Positions 42,005 to 49,854 of a stretch of DNA of 64,000 nt are shown piece after piece. The notes beneath the pieces were generated by a model. That model did not search any database and had not been told where the DNA came from. It saw only the letters and a list, made by a program, of their open reading frames with translations. The DNA comes from an uncultured Oscillospiraceae bacterium. Its GTDB lineage: Bacteria; Bacillota; Clostridia; Peptostreptococcales; Anaerovoracaceae. The stretch lies in the NCBI GenBank assembly GCA_964486295.1, contig CAZAMF010000011.1:494-64493 (forward strand). The letters run 5' to 3'. How positions within the stretch are numbered: position 1 is the stretch's first letter; the number at the start of each line of letters is the position of its first letter. The translations under genes were made by a program, and so were the position numbers.

Positions 42005-43039
42005 ATGACCTTAGTGAAAAACATATCGGCCGGGAATCCGAAAGATTATGATATTCAGATAAGAGCCGACCGGATCGGTAAATATTTCAGGAAATACCTG
42101 GCTGATTTTGTATTTGCCGAGTTTTCTGAAGCGTACCTGGCAGGAGCGGATCTGACCGGGATCATGAAAGAAGTCCCAGTGCCGCTGAAAAAGTCGGATC
42201 TTGAGCATTTTGCAGGTGGCTCAGGCGTCAGTCCGGAAGAAATAGCGGAAAACATGGCATGGGTGATGGGGATCGATCCTCATTTCAAATACACATCTTC
42301 CTACGTCAAGTTCATTGACAGGGTATACAAAGGGGAAGCAGTCGATCACCTTCTGGAAAAGGGTGGTCGGGCATTTGCGGAGAGCAGAACCGACGATGCC
42401 TGTATTTATTTCCGGGCCTGTCTTTGTCTGGAGCCGGAAAACCTCAACGCCATGTACAGCTACGCCTTTTGCTGCAGGGAAATGTACCTCGCCAGCGACC
42501 AAAAGGAGTATACCGGAAATTTCAAGGCGGAGGCACTGCACCTTTTTGAACGGATAACTGAAGCGTTTCCCAAACACGCTAAGAGCCATTATTACCTGGG
42601 TTACATGTACCTGAACCTGGGACTCTATACCAAAGCGCACATCATATGGAACAAGTTCCTGGAGTTGTCCGAAGATCCATCGGATATTGCTGAGATCCGG
42701 CAGCGTATCGGACAGCTGGAAGATCCGGTGAAAATAGAACAGGCAATCAACCATATCATTTCCGGAAGGGATGCAAACGGGTTACCGGTTCTTGAATCGT
42801 ATCGGGACAGCCAATATGGAGACTGGTGGCCGCTTCATTACTATCTGGGACTGGCATATGTCAGCATGGGCCGCCAGGAAGACGCGATCCAATCCTTCAA
42901 GAAAACTTTGGAAAAGAACGGCAGCCATTTGGAAAGCATGCGCCATCTTGCGGAGCTTTATAAAGAATCCGGGAACGTTGAAGAAGAGCGCAAGTATCGA
43001 AAAAAAATGCAGCTAGTTGAACAAAATATTTTGCATTAA
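42005..43039 (+). CDS. TPR-repeat protein
   Basis: 344 aa. Several 34-aa TPR-like units (e.g. AKSHYYLGYMYLNLGLYTKAHIIWNKFLEL and WPLHYYLGLAYVSMGRQEDAIQSFKKTLE). Confidence 0.7.
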   Translation: MTLVKNISAGNPKDYDIQIRADRIGKYFRKYLADFVFAEFSEAYLAGADLTGIMKEVPVPLKKSDLEHFAGGSGVSPEEIAENMAWVMGIDPHFKYTSSYVKFIDRVYKGEAVDHLLEKGGRAFAESRTDDACIYFRACLCLEPENLNAMYSYAFCCREMYLASDQKEYTGNFKAEALHLFERITEAFPKHAKSHYYLGYMYLNLGLYTKAHIIWNKFLELSEDPSDIAEIRQRIGQLEDPVKIEQAINHIISGRDANGLPVLESYRDSQYGDWWPLHYYLGLAYVSMGRQEDAIQSFKKTLEKNGSHLESMRHLAELYKESGNVEEERKYRKKMQLVEQNILH

Positions 43040-43063
43040 TGCATTCAAATAACCACTTTAGTG

Positions 43064-43093
43064 TTGACAGAGCTGTGACTTGTACTGTATAAT
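43064..43093 (+). promoter_or_regulatory. Sigma-A-type promoter for the tRNA cluster
   Basis: TTGACA (43064-69), 18-nt spacer, TATAAT (43088-93), about 30 nt upstream of tRNA-Asn. Confidence 0.65.
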
Positions 43094-43124
43094 AAAGCCT
43101 GTCGCTAGAGATAGGGACTGGTAT

Positions 43125-43199
43125 TCCAAGGTAGCTCAATGGTGGAGCACTCGGCTGTTAACCGATAGGCTGTGGGTTCGAGCCCCACCCTTGGAGCCA
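43125..43199 (+). tRNA. tRNA-Asn (GTT), CCA encoded
   Basis: Hand-folded cloverleaf. Acceptor TCCAAGG/CCTTGGA, D stem GCTC/GAGC, anticodon loop CTGTTAA, T arm GTGGG-TTCGAGC-CCCAC. Confidence 0.9.
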
Positions 43200-43203
43200 A
43201 TTT

Positions 43204-43291
43204 GCCGAAGTGGCGGAATTGGCAGACGCCCGGGACTTAAAATCCCGTGAGCTTTTAGCTCGTACCGGTTCGACCCCGGTCTTCGGCACCA
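43204..43291 (+). tRNA. tRNA-Leu (TAA), long variable arm, CCA encoded
   Basis: Acceptor GCCGAAG/CTTCGGC, anticodon stem CGGGA/TCCCG with loop CTTAAAA, T arm ACCGG-TTCGACC-CCGGT. Confidence 0.9.
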
Positions 43292-43325
43292 AGTTCTTTT
43301 TGGGGATGACCGGATAAATAAACGT

Positions 43326-43401
43326 CGCGGGGTAGAGCAGTTGGTAGCTCGTCGGGCTCATAACCCGGAGGCCATAGGTTCAAATCCTATCCCCGCAACC
43401 A
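43326..43401 (+). tRNA. Initiator tRNA-fMet (CAT), CCA encoded
   Basis: C1-A72 mismatch (CGCGGGG/CCCCGCA) and three consecutive G:C pairs closing the anticodon loop CTCATAA. Both are initiator hallmarks. Confidence 0.88.
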
Positions 43402-43411
43402 TGCATTAAAT

Positions 43412-43436
43412 AATCGCCCTGATGGGGCGATTTTTT
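43412..43436 (+). terminator. Intrinsic terminator after tRNA cluster
   Basis: AATCGCCC-tgat-GGGGCGATT followed by TTTTTT. Confidence 0.8.
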
Positions 43437-43524
43437 AATGCATTAATTATTAGGCAATTATAATAAAATAAGGTATAATAAAAGCTTAGCTATACAAGGA
43501 ACATGAAAATTTGAAAGGAAATTA

Positions 43525-45168
43525 ATGGAAAATTTATTTTTTAAAGACCTGGATTTATCGACTGAAGTGCAAAAAGCTATCACTAAGATGGGATTTGAGG
43601 AAGCGACTCCAATTCAGGCCAGAGCCATCCCCTATATACTTGCAGGACGCGACATTATCGGGCAGGCTATGACAGGTACGGGTAAGACATGCGCCTTTGG
43701 AATACCTGCCGTGGAAATGATCGATAATAACGCATCGGACATTCAAGTCCTAATCCTTTGCCCGACAAGAGAACTCTCTGTCCAAGTAGCGGAAGAGATT
43801 CAAGAAGTAAGCAAGTTCAAAAAAGACGTTAAAGTTTTGCCGATTTATGGAGGCCAGTCGATTGAACGACAAATTATGGCCTTAAAAAGAAAACCTCAGA
43901 TCATTGTAGGAACACCAGGCAGAGTCATGGATCATATGAGAAGGCGTACCATCAAATTGATGAATTTGAAAACTCTTATCCTTGATGAAGCAGATGAAAT
44001 GTTGAATATGGGATTTCGTGAGGATATTGATGTAATCATTCAAGATCTTCCAAAAGAACGGCAAACATTGCTTTTCTCGGCAACCATGTCTCCGGAAATC
44101 AAGGAAATAACGAAGATGTATCTCCATGAGCCGGAATATATACTAACGGTCCATAAAGAGCTAACAATTCCTAACATTGAGCAATTCTATATCGAGGTTC
44201 ACGAATCGTCAAAGCTTGAGCTGTTGTGTCGACTGATCGATGCGAAGAACATCAAACTCGGTCTTGTGTTCTGCAATACAAAAAAACGGGTTGATGAGCT
44301 TACAAGTGCCCTTCAGGGCAGAGGGTATTCAGCAGAGGCGCTTCACGGGGACATGAAGCAATCAGAACGCACTCGCGTTATGACCAAATTCAAACAAGGG
44401 AAAATCGAAATCCTTGTTGCGACTGATGTCGCTGCAAGAGGGATTGACGTAAACAATATCGAAGCAGTCTTTAATTACGATATTCCTACAGATGAAGAAT
44501 ATTATGTTCACAGAATCGGAAGAACGGCCAGAGCCGGCAAAAAAGGGGTGTCATATTCCTTTGTTTTCGGAAGAGACATGTATAAATTAAAAGAAATACA
44601 AAAGTTTACAAAATCCGTCATTCTGCCGATGCAACCACCTAAAATATCTGATATCGAAGAAGTGAAACTAGAAGCAGCGATAAAAAGCGTAGTGACTATG
44701 TTGGAAGCAGGGGGCTATTCGAAATACGATAAAATAATTGAGAAAATCCTTCTGCAAACAGAAGAGGCAACCACACTGGATGTGGCATCGGTTCTTTTTA
44801 AAATCGCTTTTGATGAATTAGATCGAAGCTATGAGGAATCGGACCTTGACAACGTAGAGATCCAATATCGCAAAGCGGATATGGTTCGCCTATTCTTGAG
44901 CATTGGAGAAATGGATAATATCCAGGCAAAGACTATTATGCAAATCATCACATCCAAATCTTCTCTTCCAAAGAAAATGATCGGAGATATTGATGTCAGG
45001 AGGCAATTCTCCTTTGTGGAGGTTCCGTCGGAATATGCAGACAAAGTCATAAATGCGATGATTGATTTTTCATACCGCGGCAAAAAAGTTTCCATTGAAA
45101 AAGCCAGCAAACGTCAAAGACTAAAAGGAAACAAAGGAAGACCTAAACGCGGAAAGAAGAGATACTAA
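43525..45168 (+). CDS. DEAD-box ATP-dependent RNA helicase with DbpA-type C-terminal RNA-binding domain
   Basis: Q motif, AMTGTGKT, DEAD, SAT and HRIGRTARAG. C-terminal DbpA-like domain and basic tail. Confidence 0.93.
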   Translation: MENLFFKDLDLSTEVQKAITKMGFEEATPIQARAIPYILAGRDIIGQAMTGTGKTCAFGIPAVEMIDNNASDIQVLILCPTRELSVQVAEEIQEVSKFKKDVKVLPIYGGQSIERQIMALKRKPQIIVGTPGRVMDHMRRRTIKLMNLKTLILDEADEMLNMGFREDIDVIIQDLPKERQTLLFSATMSPEIKEITKMYLHEPEYILTVHKELTIPNIEQFYIEVHESSKLELLCRLIDAKNIKLGLVFCNTKKRVDELTSALQGRGYSAEALHGDMKQSERTRVMTKFKQGKIEILVATDVAARGIDVNNIEAVFNYDIPTDEEYYVHRIGRTARAGKKGVSYSFVFGRDMYKLKEIQKFTKSVILPMQPPKISDIEEVKLEAAIKSVVTMLEAGGYSKYDKIIEKILLQTEEATTLDVASVLFKIAFDELDRSYEESDLDNVEIQYRKADMVRLFLSIGEMDNIQAKTIMQIITSKSSLPKKMIGDIDVRRQFSFVEVPSEYADKVINAMIDFSYRGKKVSIEKASKRQRLKGNKGRPKRGKKRY

Positions 45169-45185
45169 TCGATTTCCTGAACAAG

Positions 45186-45217
45186 AAAGCCGCCGCTTTC
45201 TAAAAAGCGGCGGCTTT
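45186..45217. terminator. Bidirectional intrinsic terminator
   Basis: AAAGCCGCCGCTTT-ctaa-AAAGCGGCGGCTTT perfect stem with A/T runs on both sides. Confidence 0.85.
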
Positions 45218-45282
45218 TGGACAAAAAAATACCCTAGATAATATCTAAGGCTCACCGTTTGTTCTTTATATAGCTGTTTAGA

Positions 45283-45357
45283 TTATATCAGTTGCAGGCA
45301 TTCGTTTACAACTTCCTGTGTAAGTTCAAATTCAGTATTCTTTTCTTTTGTTTTCAT
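45283..45357 (-). CDS. Candidate 24-aa small ORF (MKTKEKNTEFELTQEVVNECLQLI)
   Basis: Not in the ORF track (too short). GGAG lies 9 nt upstream of the ATG. It sits 38 nt downstream of the 64-aa ORF and upstream of the bidirectional terminator. Confidence 0.3.
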   Translation of the reverse strand: MKTKEKNTEFELTQEVVNECLQLI

Positions 45358-45395
45358 ATACATCATCTCCTTTCTGTATTATGTAAGAACCCCAT

Positions 45396-45590
45396 TTATG
45401 TCAGTTTTTCACTTAAATACGTGTTTAGTATTCCCTCATAAATCTCATCGGTCAGTTCTTCGTCAGATAGAGGCTTTCTGCCTCCAATCCCGAGTTTTTT
45501 ATCCAGCATTTTATCAATGTGGGTCAAAGTTTTCTTTTGGTCAAATCCTAAGTCAATTATTCTTTTTAATAGATCAAGTGTGGTTTTCAT
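45396..45590 (-). CDS. 64-aa hypothetical protein
   Basis: Start moved to MKTTLDLL behind AAGAGGAAAAT. No family recognised. Confidence 0.45.
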   Translation of the reverse strand: MKTTLDLLKRIIDLGFDQKKTLTHIDKMLDKKLGIGGRKPLSDEELTDEIYEGILNTYLSEKLT

Positions 45591-45901
45591 ATTTTCCTCT
45601 TTCTTTAGGTGGACCATAATCAGCTATATATAATAAAAACTCTTGCATAAAAATCACAAGAGTTAACGGTATCTTATGTTCTATTGGGCACTTTTTTACT
45701 TTTTTATTGTATCATAAAATAAAAGATAATGCTATATTATCTGCAATAAATTATTTATCAATCTTGAACCATTGATTCCATATGGCCAATAGTAATGGCC
45801 GCCTTCATAAAATTCTGCTTATATATGATGACAAATGGCTATATATCATATATGATTCATTCGGACCATTACATCGATTTATGAGAAGGGAGATGTTGTT
45901 C

Positions 45902-46621
45902 TTGAAAGCATATAGAAAATATTCGTTAATTTTTCTGACTGTTGCGGCGTTGGTTTTTTCAACATCAGTTATGTCCTTCGGATTACCGGGGCAGGCCGCC
46001 GACCAAGCTGACCAAAACGCTCAGGTCCCGGTAAAAGTTATTGAGATTTCAGATGACCTCACTCAAGTTGTGATCACACACTATGCAAAACCCACGAATC
46101 CGCCTAAACCAAGCGGCGACTCTGGTGGTTATAAGTTGGCCGGATGGTATTTAAGCGACGCTATTACATTTTCATTGGATCAGTCAATGTCAGGCTACGA
46201 CAGTGATTTTACATCAGCATCTCAAGAGTGGGACCATAACACACAAAAGTCATTATTCACACAGACAGCATCCGGAGGCTATGCAAGCGCCTCAATTGAT
46301 GGAATGAATTCCGTCTTCTTCGCAGACCTCAGTGCCGGTGTGATCGCAGTGACTTATGTCTGGTATGATCCACAGACAGACATTCTGCTTGAGAGCGACA
46401 TGGCATTCAATACGGACTTCCAATGGGGCGACTCACCAACTGAAATGAATTTCCTTAACATAGCGACCCACGAACTGGGGCATGTTTGCGGGCTATCTGA
46501 CCTGTATGGTAAGAAATTTTTTCAATTGACCATGTACGGATATTCATGGGAAGGGGATACGTCAAAAATTGATCTGGCGACAGGAGATATCAGCGGACTG
46601 CTAAAAATATACGGAGAGTAG
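45902..46621 (+). CDS. Secreted metzincin-type zinc metalloprotease (matrixin/snapalysin-like)
   Basis: Signal peptide (M)KAYRKYSLIFLTVAALVF..GQAA. Zinc motif HELGHVCGLSD (HExxHxxGxxD) and candidate Met-turn LTMYGY. Start is uncertain: TTG 45902 after GGGAG, or ATG 45881/45893. Confidence 0.7.
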   Translation: MKAYRKYSLIFLTVAALVFSTSVMSFGLPGQAADQADQNAQVPVKVIEISDDLTQVVITHYAKPTNPPKPSGDSGGYKLAGWYLSDAITFSLDQSMSGYDSDFTSASQEWDHNTQKSLFTQTASGGYASASIDGMNSVFFADLSAGVIAVTYVWYDPQTDILLESDMAFNTDFQWGDSPTEMNFLNIATHELGHVCGLSDLYGKKFFQLTMYGYSWEGDTSKIDLATGDISGLLKIYGE

Positions 46622-46692
46622 AAATTGCAGGCTGAAATAAAATATCCTCGAGATAAGATTCAATTTATATAACCAGCAAAACCATTTAATTT

Positions 46693-46724
46693 CAAGGCTT
46701 TCAGACATTTATGAAAGCCTTTTT
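46693..46724 (+). terminator. Intrinsic terminator; left copy of a 32-nt repeat
   Basis: AAGGCTTTCA-gacattta-TGAAAGCCTT followed by TTT. 29/32 identical to 49113-49144. Confidence 0.75.
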
Positions 46725-46875
46725 CCATATTGTTTGACCTATGGATAGACGGTTCAATGAAAAGCTTCTTTGCGGCATCTCGAAACAGGTATATTTAAAA
46801 ATATTTTTGAGGAAGCCGTAAAAAGATGCGATAAAACGGACGTTTCGATTGTTATTATAATAAAGGGATAAGGAC

Positions 46876-47466
46876 ATGATATTCAACGGATATAAATTAC
46901 CGCCAAACAAAAAAGATAAAAATCACCGGGACAAAATCATTGTCGATGAAAAAATATTTGAGAAAATTGCCGACAACGATATGGCGGCGTTCGAGGAATT
47001 TTATCAGATGACAGAACGTAGTGTATATGCCTACCTTCTCTCAATAGTCAAGAATCATGATATCGCGCTGGATCTTGTACAGGATACCTACCTTAAAATC
47101 GGCAGTGCCGCGCATTTATATCAACCAATGGGAAAGCCCATGGCTTGGGTCTATACGATCGCTAAAAATCTTGCAATGACAAGACTGCAATCAGAAAAGA
47201 GGACCGGAAATGCATTGCCGGAGGATATAGAAAACAAAATGTCAATCTCCTGGATCGAAAACATGGAAGACCGGCATGTGCTGCAGATGGCATTAAAAGT
47301 ATTGGATGAGGAAGAAGCCGAGATCATCCTGCTCCATGCGGTTTCTGATTATACATTTCTGGAAATATCAAGAAGCTTAGGCAAGCCGCTGTCCACGGTA
47401 CTGTCGAAAAACCAGCGTGGCTTAAAGAAATTGAGAAAATATTTGTCTGAAAAGGAGGTGCTGTGA
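46876..47466 (+). CDS. ECF-type sigma-70 family RNA polymerase sigma factor
   Basis: Region 2 (DLVQDTYLKI..WVYTIAKN) and region 4 HTH (YTFLEISRSLGKPLSTVLSKNQRGLKKLR). Confidence 0.85.
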   Translation: MIFNGYKLPPNKKDKNHRDKIIVDEKIFEKIADNDMAAFEEFYQMTERSVYAYLLSIVKNHDIALDLVQDTYLKIGSAAHLYQPMGKPMAWVYTIAKNLAMTRLQSEKRTGNALPEDIENKMSISWIENMEDRHVLQMALKVLDEEEAEIILLHAVSDYTFLEISRSLGKPLSTVLSKNQRGLKKLRKYLSEKEVL

Positions 47467-48446
47467 TGAACAACAGAGAAATAATGGGATCCCTGAAGAG
47501 GTCCATAGATCTGGCGCCTTCTGTCGCATTTGAGGATTTGGCAAGGAACACTATGCCAAAGATGCCTGCCCATGACAGCATTACAACACAGACTGTTGAT
47601 TTGCCAGTCCCCGTGAAGAGATCGCGTAACTGGGCACCGGCTTTATCACTCGCGGCGATGTTGATCGTGTTCGTATCCGGCTGGGCCATCGAATACAGAT
47701 TTCCGGATACGATTATAACGCTGGACGTTAATCCGAGTATAGAAATTTCTTTAAATAAGCAACATGAAGTTCTTTCGGTCAAAGCGCTTAATGATGATGC
47801 CGAAAAAATCATTTTAACAATAGACGAAGAAAATAATGATCTTGAAATCACCTGCCAGGAATTGATCAACGTAATGATAGACGAAGAATACCTTACTGAA
47901 ACAAAGAATGTAGTGCTGGCCACTGTTGAAAATAACAATATTGAAAAAGCGACAAAAACAGCAGAAGAAGTGGCTGATATCATTCAGAACAGCCTGATTT
48001 CAAAAAACATCAGCCCTGTTATTATTTTGCAGCATGATAAGATAAATCAAGACGATCGTGATTTTGCTGCGGAATACGGTGTATCCTCCGGCAAGATAAG
48101 ATTAATAAAGGAAATCAGTACAGAGGATCAATCAAAATCGATAAAGGAACTTTCTCAAATGTCGGTCACCGACCTGTACCATTTGATGAAGCAGGACGTT
48201 CAGGATGATATAGATGAAGATTCAGAAGACCTTAATGAAGCAGCCGAATCCAATGAATCAGAAAACAGCATTGAATCTGATGATGGCAACTATGGCGTTA
48301 CAGTTGAAAATGATCAGATGGAAGAGCAAAAATCTGAAATCTATGATGATATGGAGGAATACGAAGAAAATGAAAACGACTCCGTTATCCGGATCGATGA
48401 TTTGGAAGATACCGCTGAAGGAGACCGGGAAGAAACGGTCGACTGA
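47466..48446 (+). CDS. Putative single-pass anti-sigma factor with acidic C-terminal tail
   Basis: Overlaps the sigma stop. One TM (WAPALSLAAMLIVFVSGWAI). Extracytoplasmic VNPSIEISLNKQHEVLSVKALNDDAEKI resembles the RsgI-like middle domain. Start ATG 47466, 7 nt after GGAGG. Confidence 0.65.
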   Translation: MNNREIMGSLKRSIDLAPSVAFEDLARNTMPKMPAHDSITTQTVDLPVPVKRSRNWAPALSLAAMLIVFVSGWAIEYRFPDTIITLDVNPSIEISLNKQHEVLSVKALNDDAEKIILTIDEENNDLEITCQELINVMIDEEYLTETKNVVLATVENNNIEKATKTAEEVADIIQNSLISKNISPVIILQHDKINQDDRDFAAEYGVSSGKIRLIKEISTEDQSKSIKELSQMSVTDLYHLMKQDVQDDIDEDSEDLNEAAESNESENSIESDDGNYGVTVENDQMEEQKSEIYDDMEEYEENENDSVIRIDDLEDTAEGDREETVD

Positions 48447-48539
48447 ACCGACAAGTTAAAGGGATCAAACATTTCCAAAGGAAATGCTTGAATATAGCAA
48501 GCAGTAAAAACCGATTAATTGTGAAAGGAGGAAGTAAAA

Positions 48540-49046
48540 ATGAGAAGAAAATTTTTAATAATCATTGCTTTGTGCGTTCTTGCCCTTGGTAGCACTGTCG
48601 CGGCTTATGCAACGGCACCTGATATGGCGCCGGGGTTTATAAGGGGTACGGTGCAGACGCTCTTTGGAGATCCGGCGGATACGAATGATAGTGAAATAGC
48701 CGATGATCAGACCATCGATGAAGGTGAGCAGGCTATCGAGGATGACCAGGATATCGATATTGATGACAATCAGATCATTGATGATTCGGATTGCGATGAC
48801 GATCAGATCATTGATGATTCGGACTGCGATGACGATCAGACCATCGATGATGACCAGGATATCGACGACGATGATGATCAGAATATTGAAGATGATCAGG
48901 ATGTCGACGATGATGATCAGATTGGAAACGGTAATACCGAAGACGATTTAGACTGCGATGACGACACTGATGATCTGGATGATGACGACGAAGCAACCGA
49001 CGATGATAATGAAGAGGATGATGAAGTTGACTCATTGGAAGATTAG
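48540..49046 (+). CDS. Secreted hyper-acidic Asp-rich repeat protein
   Basis: Signal peptide MRRKFLIIIALCVLALGSTVAAYA. The last ~125 aa are more than half Asp/Glu (hand count about 70/125) with no Lys/Arg/His. Repeated DDQ(I/T)IDDSDCDD units. Confidence 0.7.
   Translation: MRRKFLIIIALCVLALGSTVAAYATAPDMAPGFIRGTVQTLFGDPADTNDSEIADDQTIDEGEQAIEDDQDIDIDDNQIIDDSDCDDDQIIDDSDCDDDQTIDDDQDIDDDDDQNIEDDQDVDDDDQIGNGNTEDDLDCDDDTDDLDDDDEATDDDNEEDDEVDSLED
48772..48837 (+). repeat. Two tandem 33-bp in-frame repeats inside the acidic protein gene
   Basis: CAGATCATTGATGATTCGGA(T/C)TGCGATGACGAT occurs twice, followed by degenerate copies. Confidence 0.85.
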
Positions 49047-49112
49047 TGAGATCAATTTAATGCAGACAGCTTAACGGAAGCAGGAGACGCTATCCCTGCA
49101 ACCATCCAGAAC

Positions 49113-49144
49113 CAAGGCTTTCAGAGATTTCTGAGAGCCTTTTT
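49113..49144 (+). terminator. Intrinsic terminator; right copy of the 32-nt repeat
   Basis: AAGGCTTTCAG-agattt-CTGAGAGCCTT followed by a T run. Confidence 0.75.
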
Positions 49145-49312
49145 TATGGGGAAATCAAAAACAGCCCAACTGTTATTCAACTTTCTATGACCGCCCTTAT
49201 TTAATATTTTATTTGCATATTAACATTAATCCATGCTAATATCGAATATACCTATAAGAAAGATAGGCAATTTGACAATTGTTGAGATAATCAAGAAATA
49301 AGGAGGGTTAGG

Positions 49313-49753
49313 ATGGCAGAGGTACTAGCTGTTTGCATAAGCGAAGAAAAAGGTGTGAGTAAACATACGGTAGATGAAATTTTTGTTCAAAATGAGTTGG
49401 GAGTCCAGGGGGATGCCCATTCAGGCAACTGGCACAGACAGATCAGTTTACTCGGCGAAGAGAGTGTGGATAAAGTGAGGCATCTGCTGCCGCAGATCAC
49501 AGCAGGCGCTTTTGCCGAAAATATTCTGACCAGGGGGATCACCCTTTATGAACTGCCGGTTGGAACGCAGCTTCGTGTGGGAGAGGCACTTTTGGAAGTA
49601 ACACAGATCGGAAAGGAATGTCATGCCGATTGTGCTATACGCCGTCAAACCGGCGATTGCGTCATGCCACGGGAAGGCGTATTTGCAATCGTTTTGGAAG
49701 AAGGACTAATACACCCCGGAGACAGCATTGAAATTGTCACCTCGTTCATCTGA
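49313..49753 (+). CDS. MOSC-domain protein
   Basis: 146 aa beta-barrel-type sequence with GVQGDAHSG..HRQISLL and conserved Cys in QIGKECHADC. AAGGAGGG RBS. Confidence 0.7.
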   Translation: MAEVLAVCISEEKGVSKHTVDEIFVQNELGVQGDAHSGNWHRQISLLGEESVDKVRHLLPQITAGAFAENILTRGITLYELPVGTQLRVGEALLEVTQIGKECHADCAIRRQTGDCVMPREGVFAIVLEEGLIHPGDSIEIVTSFI

Positions 49754-49792
49754 TGATGCGGGGTGATATTTTTTAAAATATTTTTACGCGTA

Positions 49793-49821
49793 TTGACAAA
49801 ATTGAGCGAGAGTAGTATTAT
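49793..49821 (+). promoter_or_regulatory. Sigma-A-type promoter of the metY-cysK leader
   Basis: TTGACA (49793-98), 17-nt spacer, TATTAT (49816-21). Confidence 0.65.
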
Positions 49822-49854
49822 CCTATTAATCTACAAGAAAGGTAGGTAAATAAA

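Noticed and set aside
43158-43361. 67-aa minus-strand ORF
   Set aside because: It lies entirely antisense to the three tRNA genes, so it is an artefact.
45620-45660. Hairpin CTCTTG-N11-CAAGAG with a T run on the minus strand, upstream of the 64-aa ORF
   Set aside because: It is a short 6-bp stem with an 11-nt loop and sits in a promoter-like AT-rich region. That is not enough to call a terminator or attenuator.
47324-47983. 219-aa ORF on the minus strand across the sigma/anti-sigma junction. Similar long antisense ORFs occur at 31197-31814, 23334-23915, 25779-26360, 27418-27978, 42221-42754, 60334-61023 and 61441-62175.
   Set aside because: All lie antisense to ORFs with clear family motifs. 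They have Ser/Leu/Arg/Phe-rich low-complexity translations and no RBS, which is the typical shadow-ORF pattern.
48700-49030. Repetitive DNA that could be mistaken for a CRISPR-like or minisatellite array
   Set aside because: The repeats are contiguous (no spacers), in frame, and encode Asp-rich peptide units inside an ORF with a signal peptide and RBS.
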